Made by a program: the position numbers and the translations under genes. A DNA stretch of 64,000 nucleotides from Torpedo marmorata. Lineage: Eukaryota. Under the pieces are notes generated by a model, which saw only the letters and a program-made list of their open reading frames with translations, searched no databases and was not told the DNA's origin. The stretch is taken from positions 14,694,001-14,758,000 of the forward strand of contig OZ360257.1 of NCBI GenBank assembly GCA_977017645.1. Direction: 5' to 3'. Within the stretch, counting starts at the first letter, position 1; each line of letters opens with the position of its first letter. This document shows, in pieces, positions 10,552 through 23,620 of this stretch.

Positions 10552-13500
10552 TCACGGTTAGGGGAGATACGAGGAAGAGTAAGGTGGTAGAGAGTACCCG
10601 TGAGGCTTTAACCCTCAACAACAGGTACTCCTCCTGTTCGGGGAGACATCGAAGCTGGGGTAAGCGTCAGTGGCTGTGCCTCGGGCACTGGGTCGGTCTC
10701 TGAGGCTCAGAAGAAGGGTAAGGAAAGGAAGAGGAGGGCAATTGTCATAGAGGAGCAAGGGGCAGGGATTCAAGTTTGTGGATCACTGGGACCATTTCTG
10801 GGGTAGGTGTGACCTGCACAGAAAGGACGTGTTGTATTTGAACCCCAGGGGGACCAGGATTCTGGCGGGGACATTTGCGAGGGTTACCCAGGAGACTTTA
10901 AACAAGAATGGCTGGGGGTAGGGAACAAAATGAAAGAGAACTGCAAGGAGAAGGTAAGAGTGCAATCAGTGAAAGCTTGTTGACAATGTTCGAGGGGGGA
11001 AAGGCAGGAGATAGAAAAGGGGGGTGCTCTATGCGTGGATGGAAGGAAGTCGATTGCAAAAAAGCATAATAAAGCTGTTGATAAAGATAGGGGCATACAG
11101 GAAATGAAAAATGGGAAATCTCTAAAATGCATATATTTTAATGCTTGGAACATTGTAATGAAGGTGGATGAGCTGAAGGTATGGATTGACACTTGGAAGT
11201 ATGACGTAGTGGCGATTAGTGATACATGGTTACAGGAGGGATGTGACTGGCCGCTCAATATTCCTGGATTCCGTTGCTTTAGGTGTGATAGAATCGGAGG
11301 GGCAAGAGGGGGTGGAGTTGCATTACTTGTGTGAGAAATTATCACAGCGGTGCTTCGGAATGATAGAATAGAAGGCTCGTCCAGGGAGGCTATTTGGGTG
11401 GAGTTGAGGAATGAGAAAGGGGAAGTTACACTTATAGGGGTGTATTATAGACCACCAAATGGGGAACGCGAACTAGAGGAGCAAATTAATAGGGAGATAG
11501 CAGATATTTGTAATAGGTACAGGGTAGTGATTGTGGGGGACTTTAATTTTCCCAATATTGATTGGGAAACCCATTCCGTGAAAGGACTGGATGGTTTGGA
11601 GTTTGTAAAATGTGTGCAGGATAGTCTTTTACAGCAATATGTGGAGGTACCAACTAGAGAGGGAGCTGTGTTGGATTTACTGTTGGGAAATTAGATAGGT
11701 CAGGTGACAGAGGTGTGTTTTGGGGAGCACCTCGTGTCCAGTGATCATAGTGCCATTAGTTCCGATATAAGCATGGAAAAGGATAGGTCAGGGCCCAGAG
11801 TTGAGGTTTTGGAGTGGGGAAAAGCTAAGCTTGAGGAGATGCAAAAGAATTTACAAGGGGTGGATTCAAACATCAGATAGAAATATGGAATAGAGTGGAT
11901 AGGGAGATAAGAGGGAAAGGGTTTATTTCTTCAAAAATGCCTCTATATCAAAATATATTTATTCCATTTACTGTTGATAATCAATTATTTAAAATTTGGT
12001 TTCAAAAGGGAATTAAGAAAATAAATGATTGTTTTGAAGCTGGTAAATTTATTACTTATCAAAGAATGAAAGATAACTTTAATGTATTGAATAATACACT
12101 TTTTGCTTAATATCAAATTAGAGCATTTCTAGTTGGGAAGTTAGGCTATAGTTTGACTTTACCAAGACAGAGTGAATTAGAATTATTAGTGACTAACGGA
12201 GGTATAAATAAATTTATTTCTCAAATGTATAGATTGTTTTAGAGAAAAATCTCTAAAGTAGGAATTCTTAAATCAATATTAAAATGGTAATCAGATTTGA
12301 ATGTAACAATAGATGAAGAACATTGGAAAGAATTATGTAAACTAAGTATGACGAAGATTATTAATGTTAGATATAGATTAGTTCAATATCATTTTTTTCA
12401 TCAATTATATTTAACGCCTAAAATATTAAAGATATTTAATGCGACACTATCAGGATAATGTTTTAGATGTAATAGAGAGGAAGGTTCGTTTGTACATTCT
12501 ACATGGTTTTGTCCAAAGGTTTACGATTTTTGGTTGATAGTTAAAACGTTTTCAGATAAAGTATTGAAAATTACATTCCCAATGGACTCAATGATATTTT
12601 TGTTTGGAGATATTAAAAGAGTTAGTATTAAGATGAAATTAAATATGTATCAAATAGAATGTTTGCGAATTTCTTTAGCAGTTTCTAAGAAATGTATTGC
12701 TATTACATGGAAATCTGATGTAGATTTAGGGTTAGAGAAATGGCATGCAGAATTTCGTTCATGTATACCACTTGCAAAAATTACTTATAATTTACGTAAT
12801 AAATATCATTTCTTATTGAAACTATGGAGCCCATATATGAAGGCTGTTGGTTTAAGGATTTGAAGATCTCTGGACATCGGATCTGACTGGCGAACCTATC
12901 CTCCATAATAAAATTAGTTATAGATGTATTTTTTAGATTGACATTCTCCTTATTCTATATTTTTCTTTTCTTTTTCTTTTTATTTTATTAGATTAGTTGG
13001 GATGGGAGGGTAAGGGAGTGGAGGGAGGGAGGGGGGATGAAAATGTATCACAATTATTTTGATAATTTCATATTTTAATTTAGTTATTTTGTGGTTTAAA
13101 ATTTTTAATAAAATATTTAATTAAAAAAAGGGGTGGATTGGGACCATTTGTTTTCTGGGCAGGATGTAGGAGAGAAATGGAGGTCTTTTAAGGAGAGATT
13201 TTTGGAGTAGAAAAATTTTATATACCTGTTAGGTTGAAAGGTACGGTCAAAAGTTTGAGAGAGCCATGGTTCTCAAGGGAGATTGGAAAGTTGGTTGGAA
13301 AAAAGAGGGAGGACTACAATAAATATAAGAAACATGGAAAAAAGGAGATGTTCGGACACTATATTGAAAGTAAAAAGAATCTTAATAAAGAAATTATAAA
13401 AGCTAAAAGAAGGTATGAGGTGGCTGTAGCAAGTAGGGTGAAAATAAATCCAAAGCGTTTCTATAAATATATAAATAGCAAAAGGAAAGTGAGGAATAAA

Positions 13501-15268
13501 ATTGGTCCCATAGAGAATCGGAGCGGACAAATGTGTGTGGAGCCAAAAGAGATGGGGGAGATCTCGAACAACTTATTTTCCTCAGTATTTACTGAGGAGA
13601 AGGATATTGAACGGTGCAGGGTAAAGGAAGCAAAGGGGGTATATATGGAGACTATAGTGATTAAGAAAGAGGAAGTACTGAAGCGGTTGAAGCATATAAA
13701 GGTGGATAAGGCTCCAGGCCCTGACGGGATTTTCCCCAGGATCTTGAGAGAAGTTAATGAGGAACTAGCGGAGGCTCTGGCAGGGATTTTTCAAATGTCA
13801 TTAGGGACGGGTATAGTGCCGGAGGATTGGCGTGTTGCGAATGTGGTTCCTTTGTTTAAAAAGGGTTCGAGGAGCAAGCCTAGCAATTATCGGCCTGTAA
13901 GTCTGACGTCTGTGTTGGGTAAAGTAATGGAAAGCGTTCTTAGAGATAGTGTGTATAAGTATCTGGAGAGACAGGGTCTGATCAGGGACACTCAAGACGG
14001 ATTTGTGCGTGAAGGTCATGTTTAACCAATCTTGTTGAATTTTTTGAAGAGGTGACTAGGAATGTTGATGAAGGGAGAGCAGTGGATGTTGTCTATATGG
14101 ACTTCAGTAAGGCCTTCGATAAGGTTCCGGATGGGAGGTTAGTTCGGTAGACTCAGTCGTTAGGTATTAATTTGGAGACAGTCAATTGGATTGAACAATG
14201 GCTGGAAGGAAGGTGCCAGAGAGCAGTAGTGGATACTTGTTTGTCAGGATGGAAGCAGGTGACAAGCGGTGAGCCTCAGGGTTCGGTATTGGGACTATTG
14301 CAGTTTGTCATATACATTAATGATCTGGAAGATGGAGCGGTAAGTTGGATTAGTAAATATGCAGATGATATTAAAATAGGGGGAATTGTGGATGATGAAG
14401 AGGGTTTTCAAAGATTTCGGAGGTATTTGAACTGCTTTGAGGAGGGGGCTGAAAGATGGCAGATGGAGTTTAATGCTGATAATGTGAGGGGCTTCATTTT
14501 GGAAAGAATAATCAAAGCAAGACATACGTAGTAAATGGGAGAGCATTGAAGAATGCAGTGGAGCAGAGAGATCTAGGAATAACGGTGAATTGTTTCCTAA
14601 AGGTAGGATCGCATGTGGATAGGGTGGTGAAGAAGGCCTTTAGTATGTTTGCCTATATAAATCAATGCATAGAATATAGGAGTTGGGAAGTGATGATGAA
14701 ACTGTACAAGGCATTGGTGAGACCAAATTTGGAGTACTGTGTGCAGTTCTGGTCACCGAATTATAGGAAGGATATCAACAAAATAGAGAGAGTGCAGAGA
14801 AGATTTACAAAAATGTTACCTGGGTTTCAGCAGCAGGAATACAAAGAAAGATTGAACAAAGTAGGTCTTTATTCGTTGAACGTAGAAGGCTGAGAGGAGA
14901 TTTGAAAGAGGTATTTAAGATTATGAGGGGGATAGATAGAGTTGATGTGGATAGACCTTTTTCATTGAGAGTAGGAGAGATGGATACAAGAGGTCATGGG
15001 GTGAGGGGTGACGGGAAAAGATTCAGGAGTAACATGAGGGGGAACTTCTTTACTCAGAGAGTGGTTGATGAGTGGAATGGGCTTCCGGGAGAGGTGGTGG
15101 AGGAAGGGTCAATTCTGTCATTTAAGGAAAAATTGGATAGGTATATGGATGGGAGGGGAATGGAGGGATATGGGAAGGGTGCTGGTAGGTGGGATTAGAG
15201 GAGGTTACTTGGATCGGTGCGAACTGGCCTGTTTCCATTAAGTAGTTGTTAAATTTTATATGGTTATG
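10552..15268 (+). mobile_element. Near full-length decayed CR1 LINE (ORF1 remnant, APE, RT) carrying a nested L1
   Basis: ORF1 esterase-like DHWDHFWGR; APE YFNA..SDTWL..GVYYRPP..GDFNFP; RT YADD; TTATATGG tail. Flanks rejoin the paralogous empty site at ~31040. Confidence 0.95.
11867..13127 (+). mobile_element. 5'-truncated L1-clade LINE nested in CR1
   Basis: 12-bp TSD AAGGGGTGGATT (11855-11866 and 13128-13139); CFRC..H..C zinc knuckle; AATAAA at 13107 and A-rich tail. Confidence 0.92.
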
Positions 15269-15269
15269 T

Positions 15270-16095
15270 AAACTCATTCCACTACAATCTTATTTTCCCT
15301 ATCGCACAGCGATAACGCTATATATTTCTTACGCCCTGTTCCTATCATGGAGTCTTTAGAATGTCCAGATTTTAGCAACCTCCACCAACAGCCCAGGCAA
15401 TGATTTCGAGGTACCAACCACGATGTATGCGAAAAACGTACCTCTCACATTTGCCTTAAAGATTCATTTACTTTCCTAAATAAACTATCATTTGGTATTT
15501 CCTATTGTCGCCACATGAAACAGGTGCCGAATGTGCAGACGTTCTAAGCCCCCTCATAACCTTATATACCTCTGTTGATTCTCCTGTCATCCACAGAGAA
15601 AAGCTCTATCTCTGTCAACCTTGCTCCATATGACATGGTCTCCAATCCAGGCAATAAAATATCCTGATAAATATCTGCACTCCCTCTAATGAATCTACAT
15701 ACTGGCAGTAACAAGGCGACCAGAACTGAACGTAATATACCAAGTGTGGTCTCATCAGAGTTTTAGAGATCTGCAACGTTTCATCTCGGCACTCATCCGA
15801 CGTATTTATGCCAACCCACCATAAGCCTTCTTGACCAGCGCGTCAATTCGAGCAGAAACCTTGAGGGGTGTATTAACCTGGACCCCAGGACCTCTCTGCT
15901 CCTCCAAACTGATAGGAGTTCTGCCATTAACACTCACTCCGCCTTCGGTTCGACCTACAAAGTGCATGACGTCACACTTATCCGTATTGAACTCAATCTG
16001 CTACTTCTATGCCCAACTCCACATCCTGTCTATGTTCCATTATAACCCACGACAGCCTCCTGCACTCCTCAAAACACTGTGAACCGTTGTATCAT
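15270..16095 (-). mobile_element. Old CR1 3' fragment upstream of each GPCR gene
   Basis: The minus strand gives VHFGG..VNGR..EE.RDLGV-like motifs. Copies at ~5465-5770, ~30980-31870, ~41910-42195 and ~54550-54840. Confidence 0.75.
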
Positions 16096-16819
16096 TAGCA
16101 AATGCAAAGGAAATAGAGCACAGGATGAAATTGCCTGATTGGACAAGATGTCTTCGAACCAACCCTCAGCGTTGATGCATTATCCCAAATAGCACAGGCG
16201 ATCCAAACACTCCTCGAATCGGTGTGGCCTTTGGAACAAAACTTAACTCAGCATTTCATGCGGGACGGTGTCCGTTATGGTTCAGGATAACGCTTTTTAC
16301 AGCGAAAGCGACCCGGGTTCAAATACAGCGCTCTCCTGGAAGGAGTTTTATTGCTTTCCCTCGTGAACATCGTGGTTTCCCCGGGTAGTTTGGTTTCTTC
16401 CCACTCACGAAAAAACGTGCGGGGTTGGGATGATCATTGGATGTGATTTAGCAGCACGGGCTTCATGAGCTAAGTGTCTGATATTTTAAATCAGACCCTT
16501 TTGAAAACCGATGGGAACAAATGTATTTTCAGGTGTGTAAAAATGAAAAGAAAAATGTGTGTAATAATCAGGGTCATTGGGAACAAATAGACAGAGAACA
16601 ATGTGAACAGGTACCCACAGGGACGAGGATAAAACCAAGAAATTGGAGATAGTTGAACGCGACACTCCTCTGCCACGGTTCCACGTCAGGTGATGCTGCG
16701 AGCTCGCACCTGAACCTTGTTTATTATGATACCTCGTGTTAATTAACGTGGGCTGAGCGATCTCAGGTCATTAACTTAGAATGAACTGATACTCTTTGTT
16801 AAATCGAGTATGTGGAGGT

Positions 16820-16861
16820 GTTATGTAATTTAATGTCCCAGTGGAACGGCTGTCCTATAAA
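16820..16861 (+). promoter_or_regulatory. Core promoter of gene 2 (GTTATGTAAT, TATAAA)
   Basis: TATAAA at 16856-16861, 81 nt before the ATG. Confidence 0.6.
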
Positions 16862-16936
16862 TTAGGCTTCACAGTGAATCTCTTCGTTTTCGCATCTGCA
16901 CATGTGCTGCAGAGAAATCTCTCCTATCCTCAAAAG

Positions 16937-16997
16937 ATGCCACTAATGGACGTCACCGAGATCTTCTATCCTATTCTTGCAATTGTCGGCATTCCTG
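16937..16997 (+). CDS. GPR139-like gene 2, coding exon 1 (MPLMDVTEIFYPILAIVGIP-G)
   Basis: ATG at 16937, GTAAGT donor at 16998, paralogous to 6671-6731. Confidence 0.9.
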
Positions 16998-17059
16998 GTA
17001 AGTGATTTTGTTGCGATATCCGCTGGGTGTTTCCTGGTTGTTCGTATTCCAGGAGGGGA

Positions 17060-17112
<53 letters not shown>

Positions 17113-18739
17113 CACAGAAAGTCGTACAGCTGCCGTCGCCCTGCCAGGATTTAAAGAATCATTTGAACTGAAGTTGTTGAAGTTAGGCAATATCCAGTCA
17201 CTAGAAAATACAACCGAAGACCTCAGGGCAAAACTGCTATATCAGAGAGAGTTGATACAAATCTCAGTTGTTTGCTGCTCCGAGTCCTGGCTAACAGAAA
17301 ACACAAAGAACGCTGCGATCCGACCAGAGGTTTTAACCATTCACAGGCTGGACTTGGACATGGATTCCGGCAAAATGAGTGGGCACGGTGTTTGCTTTTC
17401 TGTTGATATCGGTTGGTGCCCGGACGTTGGTGTTCTTTCGAAATCTTCCTGCAGTGGCGGAGAGCAGATATCGATCAAATGCAAACCCTTCAATGTAGCC
17501 CTTGGGTTCTAATCAGTTATTCTCACCCGAGTTTATCTCCTTCCCGACACCAATTGCAAACAGGCACTTGCGGAGCTGCATGACGTGGTCAGTAAACAAG
17601 CCCACCCCGAGACACTTCCAGTCACAGTCGTTGATTTTAACCAGGCCTGTCTTAAGAAAGCCCTGCGCAAATATCACCAGCACGTAACCCGCTGTACCAG
17701 AGGCACCAGGTCATTTTATCATTGCGACAACATAAGGAATGCTTACATTCTATCATGATAGAGCATGTTGGTGTTTGCTGTCACCCCATCCAAACCCCTC
17801 ATAATGTTGTCTACCCCCAATAATTCACCTCTACCCCTTCATCGCTGCAGAGAAAAGCCCCAGCTCCATCTACCTTCCTTCATATGACAGGTTCTCCAAT
17901 CCAGGCAACACCTTTGCACACTCTCCAGAGCATCCAGATATTTCCCATAAGGTGGTGACATTACGGAACGCAACGATTTGAACTCTGTATCGTCACATGT
18001 CCGGCGAACAATGTAAAGGCGTTATTTTGCCTGCTATCCAGGCATATCAAGCCAAATGAAATACAGTCGGCAGCGCAAGGATGAAAATAGTACAGGTTAT
18101 AGTGTTACAATAAAGTACAGCATGACGTGTTAAAGACAGGAGTGCCGTTAATCTATGCAAGTCATTACCTTTTACTCATGAGAGGTCTGTTCAAGAACCT
18201 GACAGCAGGAAACTAATTGCCCTTGAATCTGGTGGGTGCGTTTTTTACAAACTCGTGGTTGTTCTGCCCGACGGCATGAAGAAGCAGAAACTGTGATAGG
18301 GGTGGAATAGATTCTTTAACATGTATAGTGAATATTTATCCCCGAGACGGCGGGAGATATGGACGGAGTCGATGGACGGGGTATTGGCTTATTGCTAATA
18401 CTGAATTGCGTTCATTTCTCTCCTTAGTTTCTTGAGATCCCGAGCTTAGCAGTTTCCACAGAAATATGTGATGCACCCTCACCGGACACTATCTGTTGTG
18501 CACCTGCACACAACGGTCAGGATCAGTGGAGGCAGGTCGAAATTCCTCAGCTTCTGTGGACGTATAGGCGTTGCTGCGCTTTCCGTTCGGTAGTGCCAGT
18601 GTAATGTCAGCAACTGCATAATTTACAGGAGCATACAAATGATCCGATTAGTTTATTCCCACAACTTCCATTGTAAAAATCACGTTAAAGGTGTTGGCTT
18701 GTTTTTCTGGTAGTTTCCTGGTTTTCCATCTTGTTACAG

Positions 18740-19629
18740 GTAACCTGCTCTCGATTGTGGTCCTGTCCCGGGGAATGTGCGGCCTCTCCAAAGGAGTGAT
18801 ACGTTACATGGTAACCATGGCAGTTGCAGACACAATGGTCTGTGTGTTTAACGTTACGGTGACAAACGTCTTCCGCCATCATTTTCCTCATTCATTCCTG
18901 GCACACACCTCCACTTGTCGTCTTACAATCTTCATACAGATATTTAGCGTGCAATTCTCTGTCTGGGCCACGGTATCGTTCACAGTGGACCGCTTTATTG
19001 CCATTTGTTGCCAGCAATTCAAAACAAAATATTGTACCGAAAGAAACGCCGCGGTGATTCTAACGACTGTGTGTGTGCTGAGCTTTTTGATGCACATTCC
19101 AGCCTATTTCCGGTATGAACCCATTTACATTGTGGGTGATGTCCAATGGGGCTGCCGTACTCTAACACAATATATTTATTCACCAGCATGGCAGACTTAC
19201 AGATGGTTGTCTAAACTTATGTTACCACTGGTGCCGCTCCCGCTGATGTTGCTGTTGAATTATCTCACCGTCCGACACATTTTACTTGTCAGCAGAGCTC
19301 GGAAGGCTTTGAAGCGCCGTGGGGACGGCGAGGTCTGTGATCCCGAGATGACGAACCGGAGGACGTCCATTATATTGCTCTTCGCCATTTCTGGTACTTT
19401 CATTGCGTTGTGGACACCAGTTACGATACTTGACCTATTTTTCCAACTAACCTCAACTTTTATGATCGACGCACCGAAGTCACTGTTTCTGTCAATTAGA
19501 ATCGCGATTCTGCTGATGTATTTGAGCTGCTCTACAAACACCTGTGTTTATGCATTGACACAGAGGAGATTCCGGGAGGAGGTGAAAAAGGTTGCAAAAT
19601 ATCCATTTATTGCCTTTGTATGGTTTTAA
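18740..19629 (+). CDS. GPR139-like gene 2, exon 2 (spliced protein 316 aa; C-tail 8 aa shorter)
   Basis: AG acceptor at 18738-18739 and full 7TM ORF. A 1-nt shorter T-run gives an early TAA after helix 8. Confidence 0.9.
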
Positions 19630-20032
19630 TACCAATCACGCAGTCACATGAATCAGAGATCATGGCCCTGTTCCTCAGTTCGTTTCCAATGACGACTCTC
19701 GTTCTTTTCTTAATCATTCCCTGCAACGTAAACCCTGTAAAACAAAGCAAAACACACACACTATTCCCACACCAAAATGTCGGTACATTGCCTCCTTTAC
19801 CGCTAAATGGAGGCAAATTGTGCGACTACTGGATAACTGGCCATTGTAAATGTCCAAACTATTAAACGAAACATTCAACGACGAACTGTATGAATCAAAT
19901 GCTGCCAAGGTTAATCAATATGTCAAGTTTGAGTTCAGGTTTATTGTCGCATGAACAAAGACTTTATGAGAGTGTTTTTGCAAAACATACCAGTGGACAT
20001 CTTATACATAGTACAAGGAGTGAGACACAAAG

Positions 20033-20207
20033 NNNNNNNNNNNNNNNNNNNNNNNNNNNNNNNNNNNNNNNNNNNNNNNNNNNNNNNNNNNNNNNNNNNN
20101 NNNNNNNNNNNNNNNNNNNNNNNNNNNNNNNNNNNNNNNNNNNNNNNNNNNNNNNNNNNNNNNNNNNNNNNNNNNNNNNNNNNNNNNNNNNNNNNNNNNN
20201 NNNNNNN
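20033..20207. other. N gap at the position of the (GA)n microsatellite
   Basis: N run. Other gaps at 25852-26033, 32878-33076 and 35397-35578 also map to paralogous microsatellites. Confidence 0.95.
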
Positions 20208-20454
20208 AAGGAAACATAATTTCACTTCTTGGGACAAAAACATAAACGCAGAGATTTCTCAGCAGGCCTGGTGTCGGCTGTGCCAGATCTTTAAAGGAAA
20301 TTACGCTGGAGAACAGAATCGAACTTCATCGGGTCAAGCATTTGAAAATTCTTTTTTTTTGCATTTTTAAAAAGGTAGTATCCCAAACACAGGTCGTGTC
20401 ATATTTAATGTTCTGTACCATAGCATAACAATAAAATAATCTTGAATCTGGTCA

Positions 20455-21000
20455 TATTAAGATCAGTTCAAAACTTGGGTTGAGCGATGACAGCTAGAAT
20501 TTAACACAGAATACTGCACATCGTGCAGGCAATATGCACAGAATGTTCCAGCAGGAAGGAAACATGATGAACAGAGAGACATGGGGGTCTGAATTCACAG
20601 TTCCCTGAAAGCAACAACACAGTTTTTAGGGTGATGTTCCCTTCCTAGGTCGGTGATAAATTATAAGAACTCAAATTTCACAAACACTTTTCAGACTGTA
20701 CTTGAAGTGTTGTTTACAATTCCGGTCGCCACACTATTAATGTGATTGGACCGGAGATGTTTGAAAGGAAATTCACCAGGATGTTGCCTGGACAGGAGGA
20801 TGAGTTTTGGAGGGTGTTTAATAGGAAGGTGTTTATTTTCCCTGGAGCACAGCAGGTTTAGGAACGAGTTGGTAAATGTAAGTAAACTGTTGAGAGTCAC
20901 TGAGAGGGAGAATGTTCAAAATCCATTTCCAATGACAGGGATAACAAAAATAAGTGGACCCGAGTTTAAGGTGAGTTTTAAGGGGGATCTAAGAGATTGT
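20455..21000 (+). mobile_element. Old CR1/L2-type 3' fragment
   Basis: QFWSPH and LFSLE..R motifs; copies at ~35850-36400, ~46730-47280 and ~59390-59940. Confidence 0.7.
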
Positions 21001-21014
21001 CTTCTTAAACAGGC

Positions 21015-21115
21015 ATATGAAGCAAAGAAATATGATGGAGGAACTCAATGGGTCGAGCATCATTCGTGGAGATAAGAAACATCGACGTTTCGGGTCTGAA
21101 CCCTTCATCACGCTT
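21015..21115. mobile_element. Penelope-derived repeat with minimal hammerhead-like motif (minus strand)
   Basis: GCTGGAGGAACTCAG..GCATC-type head, then GACGTTTCGGG..CCCTTCATCAC. Copies at ~36415-36505, ~47295-47387 and ~59950-60043. Confidence 0.55.
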
Positions 21116-22729
21116 GATATTTGTTTTGCTCTTCTCGGGGATGTGGTGAAGTCAGATATAATTCTACATACACCTCCGTAAGGAAGCCACTCTTTCTGTG
21201 AGGCGCGGCTCTTGACTCAATTAGCTTTATGAAGTTGGCTCTCTCGTGTTAGGTGAGGATCTATTTTAATACCCCAGACGCCTTCTCAACAGCAGAATTC
21301 CCGTCAATGGTTTGGAATATCCTTAACCATCAGTATGAACAGTGGAGTGACGAGCAGCACTCTCCATTCCAGCAGAACTGTTCCTGAATCAGCAAAAACG
21401 GAGCAAGTTAATACTTGAATCGTGTGCTGCTACCACTGGGCTCCATAATCATACGTGTGGTCAATCTTAACATGATTGTGCTGATCGGCGTTTTATTGTT
21501 TCATCTCTGGTTTAAACTCTGTCGATTTGAGTGGTGAGCTGTGCCAATATCTGTCCCTGCTTTCAATATCGAAAAGGGGAATTATTCAGCAGATATAATC
21601 AATGTTTACAGTCCAGTCCTCTGAGTCCTAAGATCGCCACGCCAATATCTTTGTGGAACCCTTGTTCAGTTTTGTATCACGTGTGTATATCTTCGCAGAC
21701 TCCTATTACATAACAATACGGATCATAGAAAAGTAGAGCCTGAAAGGGCTTCCCTCTGGTACGGTTTCTATATGCCTGCTCTCCCGCGGTCCGCAACCCC
21801 TCGTGGCCGCTGCCGAGCCGAGGCGCCACTGTCTTGTGCACAGACGCCGAGTGTACAGGATTTTAATTAAAGGTACAGTCGGATCCTTTATCAGCCCATT
21901 TAAAGCCTGTACGGGGCAGCCAACATTAGCGCGGGGCAGTTGAACGCTTCGGAGCAGCGCCATGTCTCGTGGACATGCGCTGTGTCTATGTCAGTCATGT
22001 CTGTCTAAGGCTTTGGGAGCCGGTCTGATAATTGAGGTGTCATGTTAAAATTAGAACTCTGCTGAATCTTGCTTCACAATTAATACCCAGGAAGTTCAAC
22101 AGGTAAGTCTGCCGATGCTGTGATTGTAGTGAAATACACAAAAGTACAGAATAAACTCAGCAGCTCATGCAACGTCCATTGGAAGGAGAGTTATATAACC
22201 CCTGAGTTACTCCAGCACTATTGTGCATTGCACTAATATCCAGGGATGTTTTCCTTTATCTTTTTTCTAACTGAAAAACTGACACTGTGTTTTTTAATTG
22301 AGTAAAGTCGCCATGAAGAGATATTCCTGCATTTGAACGAATCGTTGGGCGCTCTGTGGAATTTTCAAATTCCTTGAGAAAAAATAAATATTATTACCAA
22401 TAAAATAATTTACAAAATAAAACTGTTCAGTCTTCTAGCGTCATTTGTGTCATATCCATAGATAACCGTCACTGTACATTGTTAAAGTCGTTCTCTTTTA
22501 AGCACGTTCGCCACTTTGCCGATACTCCCCCAGCTGGTGATTGAGGCTTCCCCTCCGGTCTCAGCCCCTCAATGTCCGGTAGCGGAAGGACTGCACACCG
22601 TGCTCCTTACTCACTGCGCCATCGCCTTGGCTGCAAGAACATGCAGAATGCTGGCGCTGACCAACAACGCTGTGCGCACGACCCCACAATATCTCAATAG
22701 CATGTTTTAATTTTTGAAATTAACTGTAG

Positions 22730-22990
22730 ATTTTTTTTTAAATTTAGACATAGAGCACGATAACAAGCCCTTTCGGTTCACAAGCTCGTGCCACCCAATT
22801 ACACCCAATTGAACCACACGCCTTGTACGTTTTGAAGGGTGGGAAGAAACCGGAGACCCCGGGGAAACACACGCACACACGAAGAGAAAGTGAAAACTCC
22901 CCACAGACAGCGTGGGATTCGATCCCCAGTCCCAATCGCTGGCGCTGTAACTGCATTGCGGTAACCGCTACGCTAACGGTGCCGCTCCGT
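22730..22990 (-). mobile_element. V-SINE, minus strand
   Basis: Reverse complement of the same head and core; copies at ~49000-49250 and ~61660-61910. Confidence 0.8.
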
Positions 22991-23620
22991 GAGGAAGATC
23001 GAGTACGTTGTTTTGAAAAAGAATATGACTTAAATTCAGATTTTCAAGGTTTGCCCTTCCAAAGGCTGGGTTCATAATGTTGAAACATATAACGTGCTGT
23101 AGTTCTTCGTTTTTATGCAACTTAAATCGCCCATATATTGGCACAAACATCGATAGTTGTGGACAGATTTAAGAAGCCCAACGAAATAATGTTAACAATT
23201 TGTGGGATAATTCGGAAAATCAATTTCAGTTTGCTATTTTCCATCCGATTTATTTGATCTGATTTCTGTGTGGATTTCAGAACAATTATATGTCCCACCC
23301 AAAGGCAAATTGTATAATGTTTTTCAAGATTCCAACACTCTGAATTTAAACAATACTAAGGAACAGCCAAATCATCACAAGATCTCTCGTTTGTTGGCTC
23401 TTTCACGAATCTATAAATACAAATTGTCACTATAATAACGCGATATTGTTATATTTTGTTTGGAATGATTCGTGTTCCTGATAGACATCAGCAGTTATGA
23501 CTTTATCTGTTTGCTCCAATGAAAAATTGCGACTAATGACAATCATTTTGTGTTCATGTGTCATTATGTGTCAGGCATACTTTATTTATAAGTCAGGCAT
23601 TGCTGTGAATTCCATTAAGC

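Noticed and set aside
13234-15198. Reverse transcriptase ORFs as host genes or an active element
   Set aside because: Fragmented by stops and frameshifts; ordinary decayed CR1 ORF2.
19890-20370. ORFs spanning X runs (also at 25.8, 32.8 and 35.3 kb)
   Set aside because: Artefacts of N gaps that coincide with microsatellites.
21750-22700. GC/CpG-richer patches (21750-22000, 22510-22700) as possible exons or CpG islands
   Set aside because: Frames are not preserved among copies. The minus strand weakly resembles a Tx1/L1 ORF2 end (KEHGV..FR), so these are likely old TE debris; I could not classify them.
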